Of a DNA stretch of 64,000 nucleotides, positions 1 through 8,013 are shown piece after piece. Made by a program: the position numbers and the translations under genes. A model generated the notes under the pieces. It was not told the DNA's origin. It worked only from the letters and a program-made list of their open reading frames with translations, and ran no database searches. The stretch spans positions 86-64,085 of the forward strand of contig WARV01000001.1 of the NCBI GenBank assembly GCA_013387205.1, read 5' to 3'. Source of the DNA: Patescibacteria group bacterium. Its GTDB lineage: Bacteria; Patescibacteriota; Doudnabacteria; UBA920. Position 1 is the stretch's first letter. The number at the start of each line of letters is the position of its first letter.

Positions 1-137
1 CGGCGGCGAGGTCGGCGGCGAGGTCGGCGGAGTCGGCGGAGTCGGCGGCGAGGTCGGCGGCGGCTAAAAAACAAATACTACAAGACTGCCATAACTGGAT
101 AGTTAAAAGAACTAAGCAGTTAGAGGAAATTAATTAA
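1..137 (+). CDS. 3' end of Ala-rich repeat phage protein (AARS/AES repeats)
   Basis: Frame 3 reads AARSAARSAESAESAARSAAAKKQILQDCHNWIVKRTKQLEEIN*; GC-rich 9-12 nt tandem repeats at 1-63. Confidence 0.65.
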   Translation, partial: AARSAARSAESAESAARSAAAKKQILQDCHNWIVKRTKQLEEIN

Positions 138-194
138 TCCAGGTGTTTGAAGGAAAGACCGCCTGGAGCCTAAAAACTAATAAACGTAACAACT

Positions 195-362
195 ATGGAA
201 CAAAATATAATTTTCTATTTAAACTTTCAGATAACCAACGATATTTACAAAGAATTGAATGGCCGTGATGTTGTTCCTGAATTAAGACGTACTGTAATGA
301 ATAGGTTTGCCGAAATACTACTTGAAGAAACTAGTAAGACCCCAGGGAAACATAAGGAATAA
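195..362 (+). CDS. Small hypothetical phage protein (55 aa)
   Basis: Manually translated ORF MEQNIIFYLNF...PGKHKE*. Confidence 0.5.
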   Translation: MEQNIIFYLNFQITNDIYKELNGRDVVPELRRTVMNRFAEILLEETSKTPGKHKE

Positions 363-413
363 ATTAGAATCATAATATTAACTCCGAGTTCCCCGCGCAA
401 CTCGTTAAAGAGC

Positions 414-905
414 GTGAAAAACATTATGGAAATAAAAGAATTAGATGTGTATACATTTAGCTATAACCCAGAAGAATATAAAAAGCGTTTTATGCCAAAC
501 CATTGCTTTGATGGGCAACTAATTGCCTGTAAACACGGTGACGGCTTGCGCTTGGAAGATACCTACTGGAACAGTGGTGACAACAGAGTATTTACATTAG
601 AAGAAGCGTTAAGGTTAGGAACGCTGGAGTTTGTTTGCAATCTAAACGACGTGGAGAAAAGCCACAAATCGGATTTAAAATATTACGACAACAAAGACAT
701 TTTTGATTTGAGCTATCAGCACCACTGTTATGAGTCCTACTATCGGAGAAAAGGCGCGAAGCGCAGCAAAACTAAGATGCTGGAAACGGTAAATAAGAAA
801 CTAGTAGAAGCGCAAAGAGAAGCTGAATACCAGATGAGAAAAATCGAGCAACTATCAGCTACTCGAACCAAGATAGAGCTGGATGACTTAACTGTTTATA
901 TTTAA
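414..905 (+). CDS. Hypothetical phage protein
   Basis: 163-aa ORF in co-directional phage gene run. Confidence 0.7.
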   Translation: MKNIMEIKELDVYTFSYNPEEYKKRFMPNHCFDGQLIACKHGDGLRLEDTYWNSGDNRVFTLEEALRLGTLEFVCNLNDVEKSHKSDLKYYDNKDIFDLSYQHHCYESYYRRKGAKRSKTKMLETVNKKLVEAQREAEYQMRKIEQLSATRTKIELDDLTVYI

Positions 906-907
906 AC

Positions 908-1208
908 CCTTAACCACCCCCACGCTCCGAACTAATAAAGAGCGTGGAAGAATGTATGAAGAAATCTATTGTAATAGTCCTACTAAGTATATTTATTACT
1001 TGGACGTGGATTATACCAACACTGCGTAATATTATTGGCATTATTTCCAATCCGCACTTTCCGGCGCTTGTGTCTATCCCGATGGCTCAGTTTGGAGTAA
1101 TGGTAGTAAACAATTAGGCTTTGACTGGCGAGATGGTTCTGTTAGTTACTTAACCAAATGCCCTATTAATCATCCTTAACCCACCCCACGCTCCGGGATT
1201 AGAGAGCG
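908..1208 (+). repeat. Two copies of an intergenic 22-nt motif with hairpin (908-929, 1174-1195)
   Basis: CCTTAACCACCCCCACGCTCCG vs CCTTAACCCACCCCACGCTCCG (20/22), each followed by GAGCG that pairs with CGCTC. Confidence 0.7.
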
Positions 1209-1214
1209 ACAATA

Positions 1215-1385
1215 ATGAAAGATTACATTAACGACACTAGCATAACAACTACGAGTTCAACAGGTGTAGACTGCCCTCATCATACAGGCTGGTTCTTTAC
1301 GGTAGAGTTTTGGATATTCTACAAGCGGATGTTTTGGTGCGAGCTGTGCCATTCCGCTTTACCTGCAAGCAATATTAAATCTTAA
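1215..1385 (+). CDS. Small hypothetical protein, Cys/His motifs
   Basis: MKDYINDTS...CPHH...CELCH...IKS* translated by hand. Confidence 0.5.
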   Translation: MKDYINDTSITTTSSTGVDCPHHTGWFFTVEFWIFYKRMFWCELCHSALPASNIKS

Positions 1386-1589
1386 CCTAAGCTCTACCAG
1401 CAAGGCTTTAAGTTGCTGGGAAACTTATTATCTAAACGGCTTGCCGTCCTACCGGCGAAACAATGGCAAAATATGGACATTGTGAAGATTGCGGAACCAC
1501 ATTAGAAACAGCAGGCTGTCCTAACTGTCAGGAACTTCTAGTAATACAATCTCAAAGCGAATACCCCTCTCTCGCCGACTAGCTTCGGC

Positions 1590-1693
1590 GGCTGGGGCGG
1601 GCAATAGATATGGGGCTTAACCCTATGCCGGAAAACGGCCTAAAGGTAGCGCTTGAAACATGATTCGCCTATGGTCTATTGTCCACCTTAGCC
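1590..1693 (+). ncRNA. Candidate structured RNA (multibranch)
   Basis: 20-bp closing stem with G-U pairs (1590-1609/1674-1693) enclosing small hairpins. Confidence 0.45.
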
Positions 1694-1715
1694 TTAATTA
1701 ACCATAAACAACAAT

Positions 1716-2288
1716 ATGAAATTAGAGAAACAAGTGGTCAGCCTAGAGCTGGCTAGAAGGCTTAAGGAACCCCTAGGTGCATCTAGTACCTGGGTAGATG
1801 TTAAGGGCTACAAGGGACTTTATCAAGTTAATGGATGTGGTTTCGTGCGCTCATTGAAACGCAGTAACGGGTACGGAAGTAGGCGGGCAAACCGCTTGTT
1901 GAGTTTGTACCTAAAGAAGGGTTATAAAGTCGTTGCATTAAGCAAACATAGGAAAACTAAATACTATACAGTCCATCAGCTTGTAGCTCGTGCCTTCCTA
2001 AAGAAGCCAGTCGGAACGGTTGAAGTGAACCACAAAGACGGCAACAAACTGAATTGTGGTTGGAGCAATCTTGAATGGTGTACGAAATCCTATAATCAGC
2101 AACACGCGAGACGTTTAGGCTTGCAAGGCGGTGAACATTCCAATACAGCAAAACTTACTATTAAGCAGGTACGGCAGATAAGGCGGCTTTACCCGAAAAT
2201 TAAGGCTTTGGCCCTCTCCAAGATGTTTGGCATACGAGAGAGTAGTATATACAAAATCCTTAAACGCCAAACTTGGAGGTATGTATGA
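1716..2288 (+). CDS. NUMOD4-HNH homing endonuclease
   Basis: W.DVKGYKGLYQVN (NUMOD4), VHQLVARAF, VNHKDGNKLNC..SNLEWCT..N (HNH), C-terminal HTH-like segment. Confidence 0.9.
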   Translation: MKLEKQVVSLELARRLKEPLGASSTWVDVKGYKGLYQVNGCGFVRSLKRSNGYGSRRANRLLSLYLKKGYKVVALSKHRKTKYYTVHQLVARAFLKKPVGTVEVNHKDGNKLNCGWSNLEWCTKSYNQQHARRLGLQGGEHSNTAKLTIKQVRQIRRLYPKIKALALSKMFGIRESSIYKILKRQTWRYV

Positions 2289-2650
2289 AGCTGGAAGACC
2301 AAGTAGTTTCATTAGAACTTGCGAAGAAGCTAAAAGCCTTAAATGTGAAGCAGGAGAGCCTATGGTTTTGGGGAAGACGCGGCAATGCTCCGGCGCGTAT
2401 CTATTCTGAGCCAATGTATGAGACTGAACCTGGTGAATGGCACGAATACCAAGATGTCTGTTCCGCCTTCACCGTTGCCGAGCTGGGAGAAATGTGGATA
2501 GAGTTAGAAATCGATGAACCGTTACCGCATATTGGTGTTGATGGGTGGTATTGGTATAAAGGCGAACGTGAGATGAAAGCAAGAACCGAAGCCGACGCTA
2601 GAGGTGCAATGTTAGTATATCTTTTAGAAAATAAACTTATAACTTTATGA
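2285..2650 (+). CDS. Hypothetical phage protein (MKLEDQVVSLELAKKLK family)
   Basis: GGAGGT RBS at 2275-2280; ATGA overlap with HNH stop. Confidence 0.75.
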   Translation: MKLEDQVVSLELAKKLKALNVKQESLWFWGRRGNAPARIYSEPMYETEPGEWHEYQDVCSAFTVAELGEMWIELEIDEPLPHIGVDGWYWYKGEREMKARTEADARGAMLVYLLENKLITL

Positions 2651-3027
2651 TACCCGAACAATGCATAAAAATAGCGATTGAGAATGGATATGACTTTTGG
2701 GGTTACAAAGACTTCAAAATGGATGATGAAAGAGTTGTCCTAATTTACAATGGCGACTGTATGGACGAAAGGCCGCTTTCTGATATAGCCCAAGACCCTG
2801 CTTTCTGGCAAGCCTTAGGCAAGGGGTTTGGGTGGGACGAAAAAGCATTTTGCAATCACTGTTACATTGACAAGCAAAGTTGGGAGGAGAAGCCGAGAAA
2901 GTGTGCAGGTGACTGGCTTAAACACGAATTTAATGACTGGCTCTACCACGCTCTCCGTTACTTTGAAACCCTCTTAACCGGCGGCAACCTGGAGCAGTTC
3001 TGGAAAAAATTATTACCAAAGGAGTAA
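2647..3027 (+). CDS. Hypothetical phage protein
   Basis: ORF coupled to upstream gene. Confidence 0.7.
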   Translation: MIPEQCIKIAIENGYDFWGYKDFKMDDERVVLIYNGDCMDERPLSDIAQDPAFWQALGKGFGWDEKAFCNHCYIDKQSWEEKPRKCAGDWLKHEFNDWLYHALRYFETLLTGGNLEQFWKKLLPKE

Positions 3028-3029
3028 AT

Positions 3030-3467
3030 ATGGAAAACTATGAACAGCTAAAGCAAGTCATCCAGGCAGCTAACCCCGGCATAGTAGATACAGCCAAACT
3101 AGAGAAACAGGTTCGCACCATAATAGCCACTCCTTGGCTTAACTATGCTAAACGAATTAAGGCTGATGACGCAGAGCTTGAAGTAATGCAAAAAATGATT
3201 GATATAAATACCATCCAGTTAATGGAAACCCTCGGTCGCCCCATCAGGCTTGCGGATGTGCTGGTGGCAATACAAAATACTGGCGTCGCTTGTGCTTTTT
3301 ATGGCGATAACAAACTTTGGTTGGTAGAGCCTGATTTGAAAGAGAACTTGCAGGGAAGAAAGAATTGTACTTGGAACCTCCTCCACGATTCCCTTGACTG
3401 GCACTACCACAACCAACCGGAGACGGTAAAGTTCCTTATAGAAGCATTAGTCCCTAAGAAAGGATAG
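3030..3467 (+). CDS. Hypothetical phage protein
   Basis: ORF with AGGAG RBS. Confidence 0.7.
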   Translation: MENYEQLKQVIQAANPGIVDTAKLEKQVRTIIATPWLNYAKRIKADDAELEVMQKMIDINTIQLMETLGRPIRLADVLVAIQNTGVACAFYGDNKLWLVEPDLKENLQGRKNCTWNLLHDSLDWHYHNQPETVKFLIEALVPKKG

Positions 3468-3470
3468 GCT

Positions 3471-3728
3471 ATGGAAAACAACATTGAGAAAAAAGAATGG
3501 CAAAAAGTGTTTTTAGAAGCAGGAACGAAAGAAGTCGGACTTGATTTGTCGATTATGATACCAGTAGTGTCCTCCCTCCTCACCGAAGCCCGTCAGCAAG
3601 TGATTACAGGGATAAGGGAGATGGTAACCGAACGGTTGCGGAACTTTGCCAATACTCCAATATTAGACCGGAAAAATGGTTACGAGGAACTAGCCGATTT
3701 CCTTAAAGCCTTAAACAAACTTAGCTAA
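3471..3728 (+). CDS. Hypothetical phage protein
   Basis: ORF in operon. Confidence 0.6.
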   Translation: MENNIEKKEWQKVFLEAGTKEVGLDLSIMIPVVSSLLTEARQQVITGIREMVTERLRNFANTPILDRKNGYEELADFLKALNKLS

Positions 3729-3881
3729 AAACAATTATGACTAATCACCAACTTTATTTATTAATATCAAACTTATTCTTAATAGCCTCTTTCATATCTA
3801 ACAAGAATGATGGAATATTACTAGTTATTAGTTTTATTTGGTTAATGTTATCAATATTATCTTTAATCTTTAAATAATAAT

Positions 3882-4142
3882 ATGAAAGAAATCGAACTAA
3901 ATCCAGACGGCACATTTCCACGGAAGTATGCAAAGGCACAATATGTGACTTATACAGCCACTACCAGTTTTAACCCTGACTGGAAACCCGAACCGAAAAA
4001 GCCAAAGACGTGGAAAGGGCGACGGAAAGAAGTTAAGGATTTCATTGTTTACTTGTGGATTATGTGGTGCTTGGTTAGTGGAAGTCTATTGTTACTCTGG
4101 CAAGTAATACGGGTAATAGTTTGGATAATTAAGAAATTTTAA
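3882..4142 (+). CDS. Small membrane protein
   Basis: C-terminal hydrophobic helix. Confidence 0.55.
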   Translation: MKEIELNPDGTFPRKYAKAQYVTYTATTSFNPDWKPEPKKPKTWKGRRKEVKDFIVYLWIMWCLVSGSLLLLWQVIRVIVWIIKKF

Positions 4143-4146
4143 CCCT

Positions 4147-4347
4147 ATGGAAATTAATCTTTGCTGTGACGACTGCGGTATTGAAGCCAACAGGCTGACA
4201 TGCCTTAAAAAATATGGACATGAGCCGCTTAAAAAGAAGTTTGACTGCTCGACCTACCACTTAGGGCAGTGCGACAAATGCAAGCAGGAAAAGTGGATTA
4301 CGGAGGTTAGGGATTTTTACCATCCTGATTTTGACCTTATAAGCTAA
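4147..4347 (+). CDS. Small Cys-rich phage protein
   Basis: CxxC pairs. Confidence 0.6.
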   Translation: MEINLCCDDCGIEANRLTCLKKYGHEPLKKKFDCSTYHLGQCDKCKQEKWITEVRDFYHPDFDLIS

Positions 4348-4364
4348 AACTAAAATTAATTATA

Positions 4365-4676
4365 ATGAAAAATAACCAGGAAAATTCACCATACTATCAC
4401 AGTGAACTAAAAGGATGCAAGTTAATAAAGCGTAAGATTTGGCCAAGTAAATCCTCTTCTGCAACGGATAAATACCGTTGGCTGGATGGAAGATACTGCC
4501 TTACCCACAAAACGGTTTGTTGCAGATGTGGTTGGCAGTTTGGTTATCATAACGGAGATTCCAGTGCGTGGTTGAATAAGATGTTTGCTAATTCTAAAAG
4601 AGATTATACAGTAACCCCGGAAATGAGAATAAAGCTTTTAAATAACTTAAGTAAAACTCCTAGTTGGCAAAAATGA
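4365..4676 (+). CDS. Hypothetical Cys-rich phage protein
   Basis: CLTH..CCRCGW motif. Confidence 0.55.
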   Translation: MKNNQENSPYYHSELKGCKLIKRKIWPSKSSSATDKYRWLDGRYCLTHKTVCCRCGWQFGYHNGDSSAWLNKMFANSKRDYTVTPEMRIKLLNNLSKTPSWQK

Positions 4677-4915
4677 AGATTTCATGTCCACATTGCAAAA
4701 GAATAGTTATGGAAACAGATGGAAAGGTCATGACCATACTTTTAAAACGTAACAAAGATTTTATTACCATACCATTCTCCAGTGGTCCATTTTACCATAG
4801 TTTATGCGGAAATTCCTTTGCAATGCCCTTGTCAGAAATCACAATTAGGAGTATAATCATAACAGACACAATCAAAGAGGCTGCTTGCGAAACATCAAGC
4901 GTAAACCAAAGATAA
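4673..4915 (+). CDS. Zn-ribbon-like hypothetical protein
   Basis: CPHC...HSLC; ATGA overlap with upstream stop. Confidence 0.5.
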   Translation: MKISCPHCKRIVMETDGKVMTILLKRNKDFITIPFSSGPFYHSLCGNSFAMPLSEITIRSIIITDTIKEAACETSSVNQR

Positions 4916-4998
4916 CCTCATAATCCGGCCAAAAGCCGCCAGAATGACTGGAAAAGTTTCTCTTACTTTGCTTAAGGGAAGTTTTTACAGTTTTTATT

Positions 4999-5184
4999 AT
5001 GATACTAAACCGACATAACTGCTCTAACCCCGCATTTTATGGTAAAGAACTAAGGTTTGTGATAGACGGGCAATTAATTAATGATCCAGAGCTAAGAATA
5101 GAAGTTCCGGCTGAATTTGATTTTATACAGGGCTTATTTCCTAAGGATTACAAAAATGCCAAAGATTACTTTAAGATGCGCTAA
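4999..5184 (+). CDS. Hypothetical phage protein
   Basis: ORF track. Confidence 0.45.
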   Translation: MILNRHNCSNPAFYGKELRFVIDGQLINDPELRIEVPAEFDFIQGLFPKDYKNAKDYFKMR

Positions 5185-5329
5185 ATGCTTTAATGAGATA
5201 AAGGAAAAACCGGTAATCGTGAATGCAGTAAAAGCATTCCATCCCGATTGTTATTACAAGAACATTGATGAAGTTGGACTAACTCCGGCACAAGTAAAGA
5301 AACTAAACAAAAAATGTGCAACAAGGTAG
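5156..5329 (+). CDS. Small Zn-finger-like protein
   Basis: CAKC...HPDC. Confidence 0.45.
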   Translation: MPKITLRCAKCFNEIKEKPVIVNAVKAFHPDCYYKNIDEVGLTPAQVKKLNKKCATR

Positions 5330-5550
5330 GGTTTGGGAAAAATAGGATAGGTAAGACATTACGGACTTTTAGTAAGTTTAAAGAAATGCGAGCATATAAA
5401 TGCGATAGATGTGGAAAGTATCATTTAACAAGCCAAACAAGATTTAATCCAGTATATAATAGGTGATTTATGTGGTATAAGATTTTGATTCCCATACTAG
5501 CAGTAATAATCGGATGGATATTAGGAAAATTAAGTTTAAAAAATTAGTTT

Positions 5551-5964
5551 ATGGCATATAGGAAGATAAAAAAGAACGGGGAAGCTGCAAAGCCAACTTT
5601 AGGGAAAGGAAAACAACCTAAAGTTTCTTTGGATGTATTTACTAAGGTTACGAACGAATATTTGGAATACTGCGAAAAGAATAAACAAATACCCCTTATT
5701 AAGAAATTGGCGGTTTTATTGGGAATTGACACGGATACGCTTGTGAATTATCGCAAAAAGCCGCATTATTCGGCGATTTTAAAAAGAATTGATGATTTGA
5801 CTGAAATTGCTCTTTTGGAGAAGGGAATTAATGAAAATAAGCCTGTATTTCCTATGTTTTTGTTGAAATCAAAGTTTGGCTACGTTGAACAGCAGTATGT
5901 TAAGGCTGATGTAAGTTTATCCGGTTCGTTAGGTTTTAGCCCTTTACCAAGTAAGAAACGCTAG
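5551..5964 (+). CDS. Terminase small subunit
   Basis: HTH-like LAVLLGIDTDTLVNY, MFLLKSKFGY motif, position upstream of terL. Confidence 0.75.
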   Translation: MAYRKIKKNGEAAKPTLGKGKQPKVSLDVFTKVTNEYLEYCEKNKQIPLIKKLAVLLGIDTDTLVNYRKKPHYSAILKRIDDLTEIALLEKGINENKPVFPMFLLKSKFGYVEQQYVKADVSLSGSLGFSPLPSKKR

Positions 5965-5986
5965 TATTTACAGGGGTTTTATATAC

Positions 5987-6014
5987 GCGTCGCATAAGGT
6001 GTCTTGGGCGACGC
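5987..6014. other. dif-like 28-bp Xer-type site (internal to phage)
   Basis: GCGTCGCATAA-GGTGTC-TTGGGCGACGC; 11-6-11 inverted arms; CGCATAA matches the XerC arm of canonical dif. Confidence 0.6.
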
Positions 6015-6213
6015 GGGATAATTTGCCCTAGGACAAGAGTAAATACCTGAAACGGCTAATGCATCAGCTTTAGGATAAACGCTTAACCTGGGGGCAAATA
6101 ACAACAATAGGGGGGTATACAAACGTTCACCGGGTGGGGGAACCCCGAATGTCCTTATAGGGACTCCAGTATATAAGTATCTGTCCCCAAATCTAATTTA
6201 ACCCCTAAAAGAT

Positions 6214-6388
6214 TGTAACGCAAGCGTAACAATGTAACGATTCCGTAACATATGGCGAATATCGATTGTGATAATTGTGGTAAGAAGCTAATTAAGACTG
6301 TATTTTGTTGCGATAAATGCCGAGTTTATTATTTCCGTAAAAACCATAGTTCCATTGTTGTAACAAAACGTAACGTTACAGAAGTAAC
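6214..6388 (+). repeat. GTAAC iteron cluster
   Basis: TGTAACG-N4-CGTAACA twice in tandem (6214-6250); further GTAAC/GTTAC copies at 6360-6388. Confidence 0.75.
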
Positions 6389-6464
6389 TGATTCATTCAA
6401 AGAGCGTAAACCATTGAAGGCTTGTAGTAAGCATGGAGGTTCATTCACCTGTGGCTGTTCCTGA
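6252..6464 (+). CDS. Small Cys-rich Zn-finger protein
   Basis: CDNCG...FCCDKCRVYYFR...CSKH...CGCS. Confidence 0.65.
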   Translation: MANIDCDNCGKKLIKTVFCCDKCRVYYFRKNHSSIVVTKRNVTEVTDSFKERKPLKACSKHGGSFTCGCS

Positions 6465-6561
6465 ATTTTTTTAAAAGCATAAAAAGGCTTTAACAATCTA
6501 ATCACCACATCAATTGGCAACCGTGTACACGTTGCGAATGTTGTGGTGACGTTCGCAGCAT

Positions 6562-6590
6562 ATACACCGTTATCAAGCGGTGTATTTTTT
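6562..6590 (+). terminator. Terminator-like hairpin plus U-tract immediately before terL ATG
   Basis: ATACACCG...CGGTGTAT followed by T run, then ATG at 6591. Confidence 0.5.
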
Positions 6591-8012
6591 ATGGCTAAAC
6601 GGAAGAAAATAGCAATTTGGGAACCCCAGCCAAGACAAGAAGCTGCTTTAGTAAGGGATGAATACGAAATTTTATATGGTGGCGCAAGAGGAGGGGGTAA
6701 GACAGACGCTGGAATTCACTGGCTCCGCTATCCATTAGAAAGCTTTGTTGAATCCTGGAAGAAGCGTTCCCCGCTAGTTAGCTCTTTGGCAAGATACAAG
6801 GCATTAGTTATTAGAAGGAATGTTAATGATTTAAGCGATTGGTTGGATAGGGCGGAGTATTGGTATAAGAAAATTTACGGGAATTTTGTTACTTTTACCG
6901 GCAAACCCGTAGAAATAAAGTTTTTTGAAGGAGTAGATCCTGCAGCTTGTCCGACAATAAAAACCGGACACTTAAAAGACGAAGACGCTTACCAGAAATA
7001 TCAGGGACACGAATACCAAAGGCAGGTTATCGAAGAATTGACGCAGATAGCGGATATTAGGAATTACGAAAACTTAATAATGTCCTGCCGTTCCACTATT
7101 CCAGAAATCCAGCCCCAAGTTTTTTCCACGACAAACCCCGATGGCCCAGGATTCTACTGGGTGAAAAAAAGATTTTCTATCCCCGATTATCCTGGTAACA
7201 ATCCGATTGAAACGGTTGAAGACGTAAAAATGCCCGATGGGTCAGTAAAACAAATAAGAAGGGTGTTTGTAAAGTCTTTACTTTCCGATAACCGCAAACT
7301 TGACGAAGCTAATCCGAGTTACCGGGTGAACCTGGCTTCCATGTCTGACGAAGCCAAAAAAAGAGCCTGGTTAGAAGGTTACTGGGGCGAACCGATTATC
7401 GAGGGAGTAATTTACGAGAAAGAAATGAAGCAAGCCAGGTTTGACGGACGAATAGGAGAAGTTCCCTGGGACACCACAAAACCTGTTTACACCTATTGGG
7501 ATATTGGACGTGATGCGACCCCGATTTGGTTTGTGCAGTTTGTAGGTCACGCCATCCATTTTATAGATTTTTACGAGGCCAGTAATCAGGATTTAGCACA
7601 TTTTGCACAAGTTTTAAGAAGCAAGCCTTACTGGTATGGCGGACATTTTGGGCCTCATGACCTTTCGCACAAGAACATGGCTGGGGCGTCAACCTGGAGT
7701 TTAGCCCAAGATTTTGGGATAGTTTTTCAAACCCCTTTAGGTAAGGATTCAATCTCCGACGGGATTGAGATGGTTAAGTCCAAGTTTTCTAGATTCAAAT
7801 TTGACGCTAATAAATGCGTTGAGGGGATTAAGCGATTAAGTGCTTACCGCCGGGAACACGACGACGAAAAGAATGTTTTTAAGGACATTCCCGTACACGA
7901 TTGGGCTTCTCACGCATCCGACGCTTTGAGGTATATGGCAATGGCTCCCGAACCATTGGAACCAGGAGCATTAGACCAAAATTTTAATTTATACACAACT
8001 AAGTATAACTAA
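6591..8012 (+). CDS. terL: Terminase large subunit
   Basis: Walker A GGARGGGKT, Walker B IEELTQ, TTNP motif, nuclease WDIG and HASDALRY. Confidence 0.95.
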   Translation: MAKRKKIAIWEPQPRQEAALVRDEYEILYGGARGGGKTDAGIHWLRYPLESFVESWKKRSPLVSSLARYKALVIRRNVNDLSDWLDRAEYWYKKIYGNFVTFTGKPVEIKFFEGVDPAACPTIKTGHLKDEDAYQKYQGHEYQRQVIEELTQIADIRNYENLIMSCRSTIPEIQPQVFSTTNPDGPGFYWVKKRFSIPDYPGNNPIETVEDVKMPDGSVKQIRRVFVKSLLSDNRKLDEANPSYRVNLASMSDEAKKRAWLEGYWGEPIIEGVIYEKEMKQARFDGRIGEVPWDTTKPVYTYWDIGRDATPIWFVQFVGHAIHFIDFYEASNQDLAHFAQVLRSKPYWYGGHFGPHDLSHKNMAGASTWSLAQDFGIVFQTPLGKDSISDGIEMVKSKFSRFKFDANKCVEGIKRLSAYRREHDDEKNVFKDIPVHDWASHASDALRYMAMAPEPLEPGALDQNFNLYTTKYN

Positions 8013-8013
8013 T

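Noticed and set aside
1-63. GC-rich tandem repeats as CRISPR or VNTR
   Set aside because: In-frame coding repeats (AARS/AES) with no spacers
956-1179. Possible frameshifted small gene (second frame SGACVYPDG...HP*)
   Set aside because: Cannot tell which frame is real without homologues
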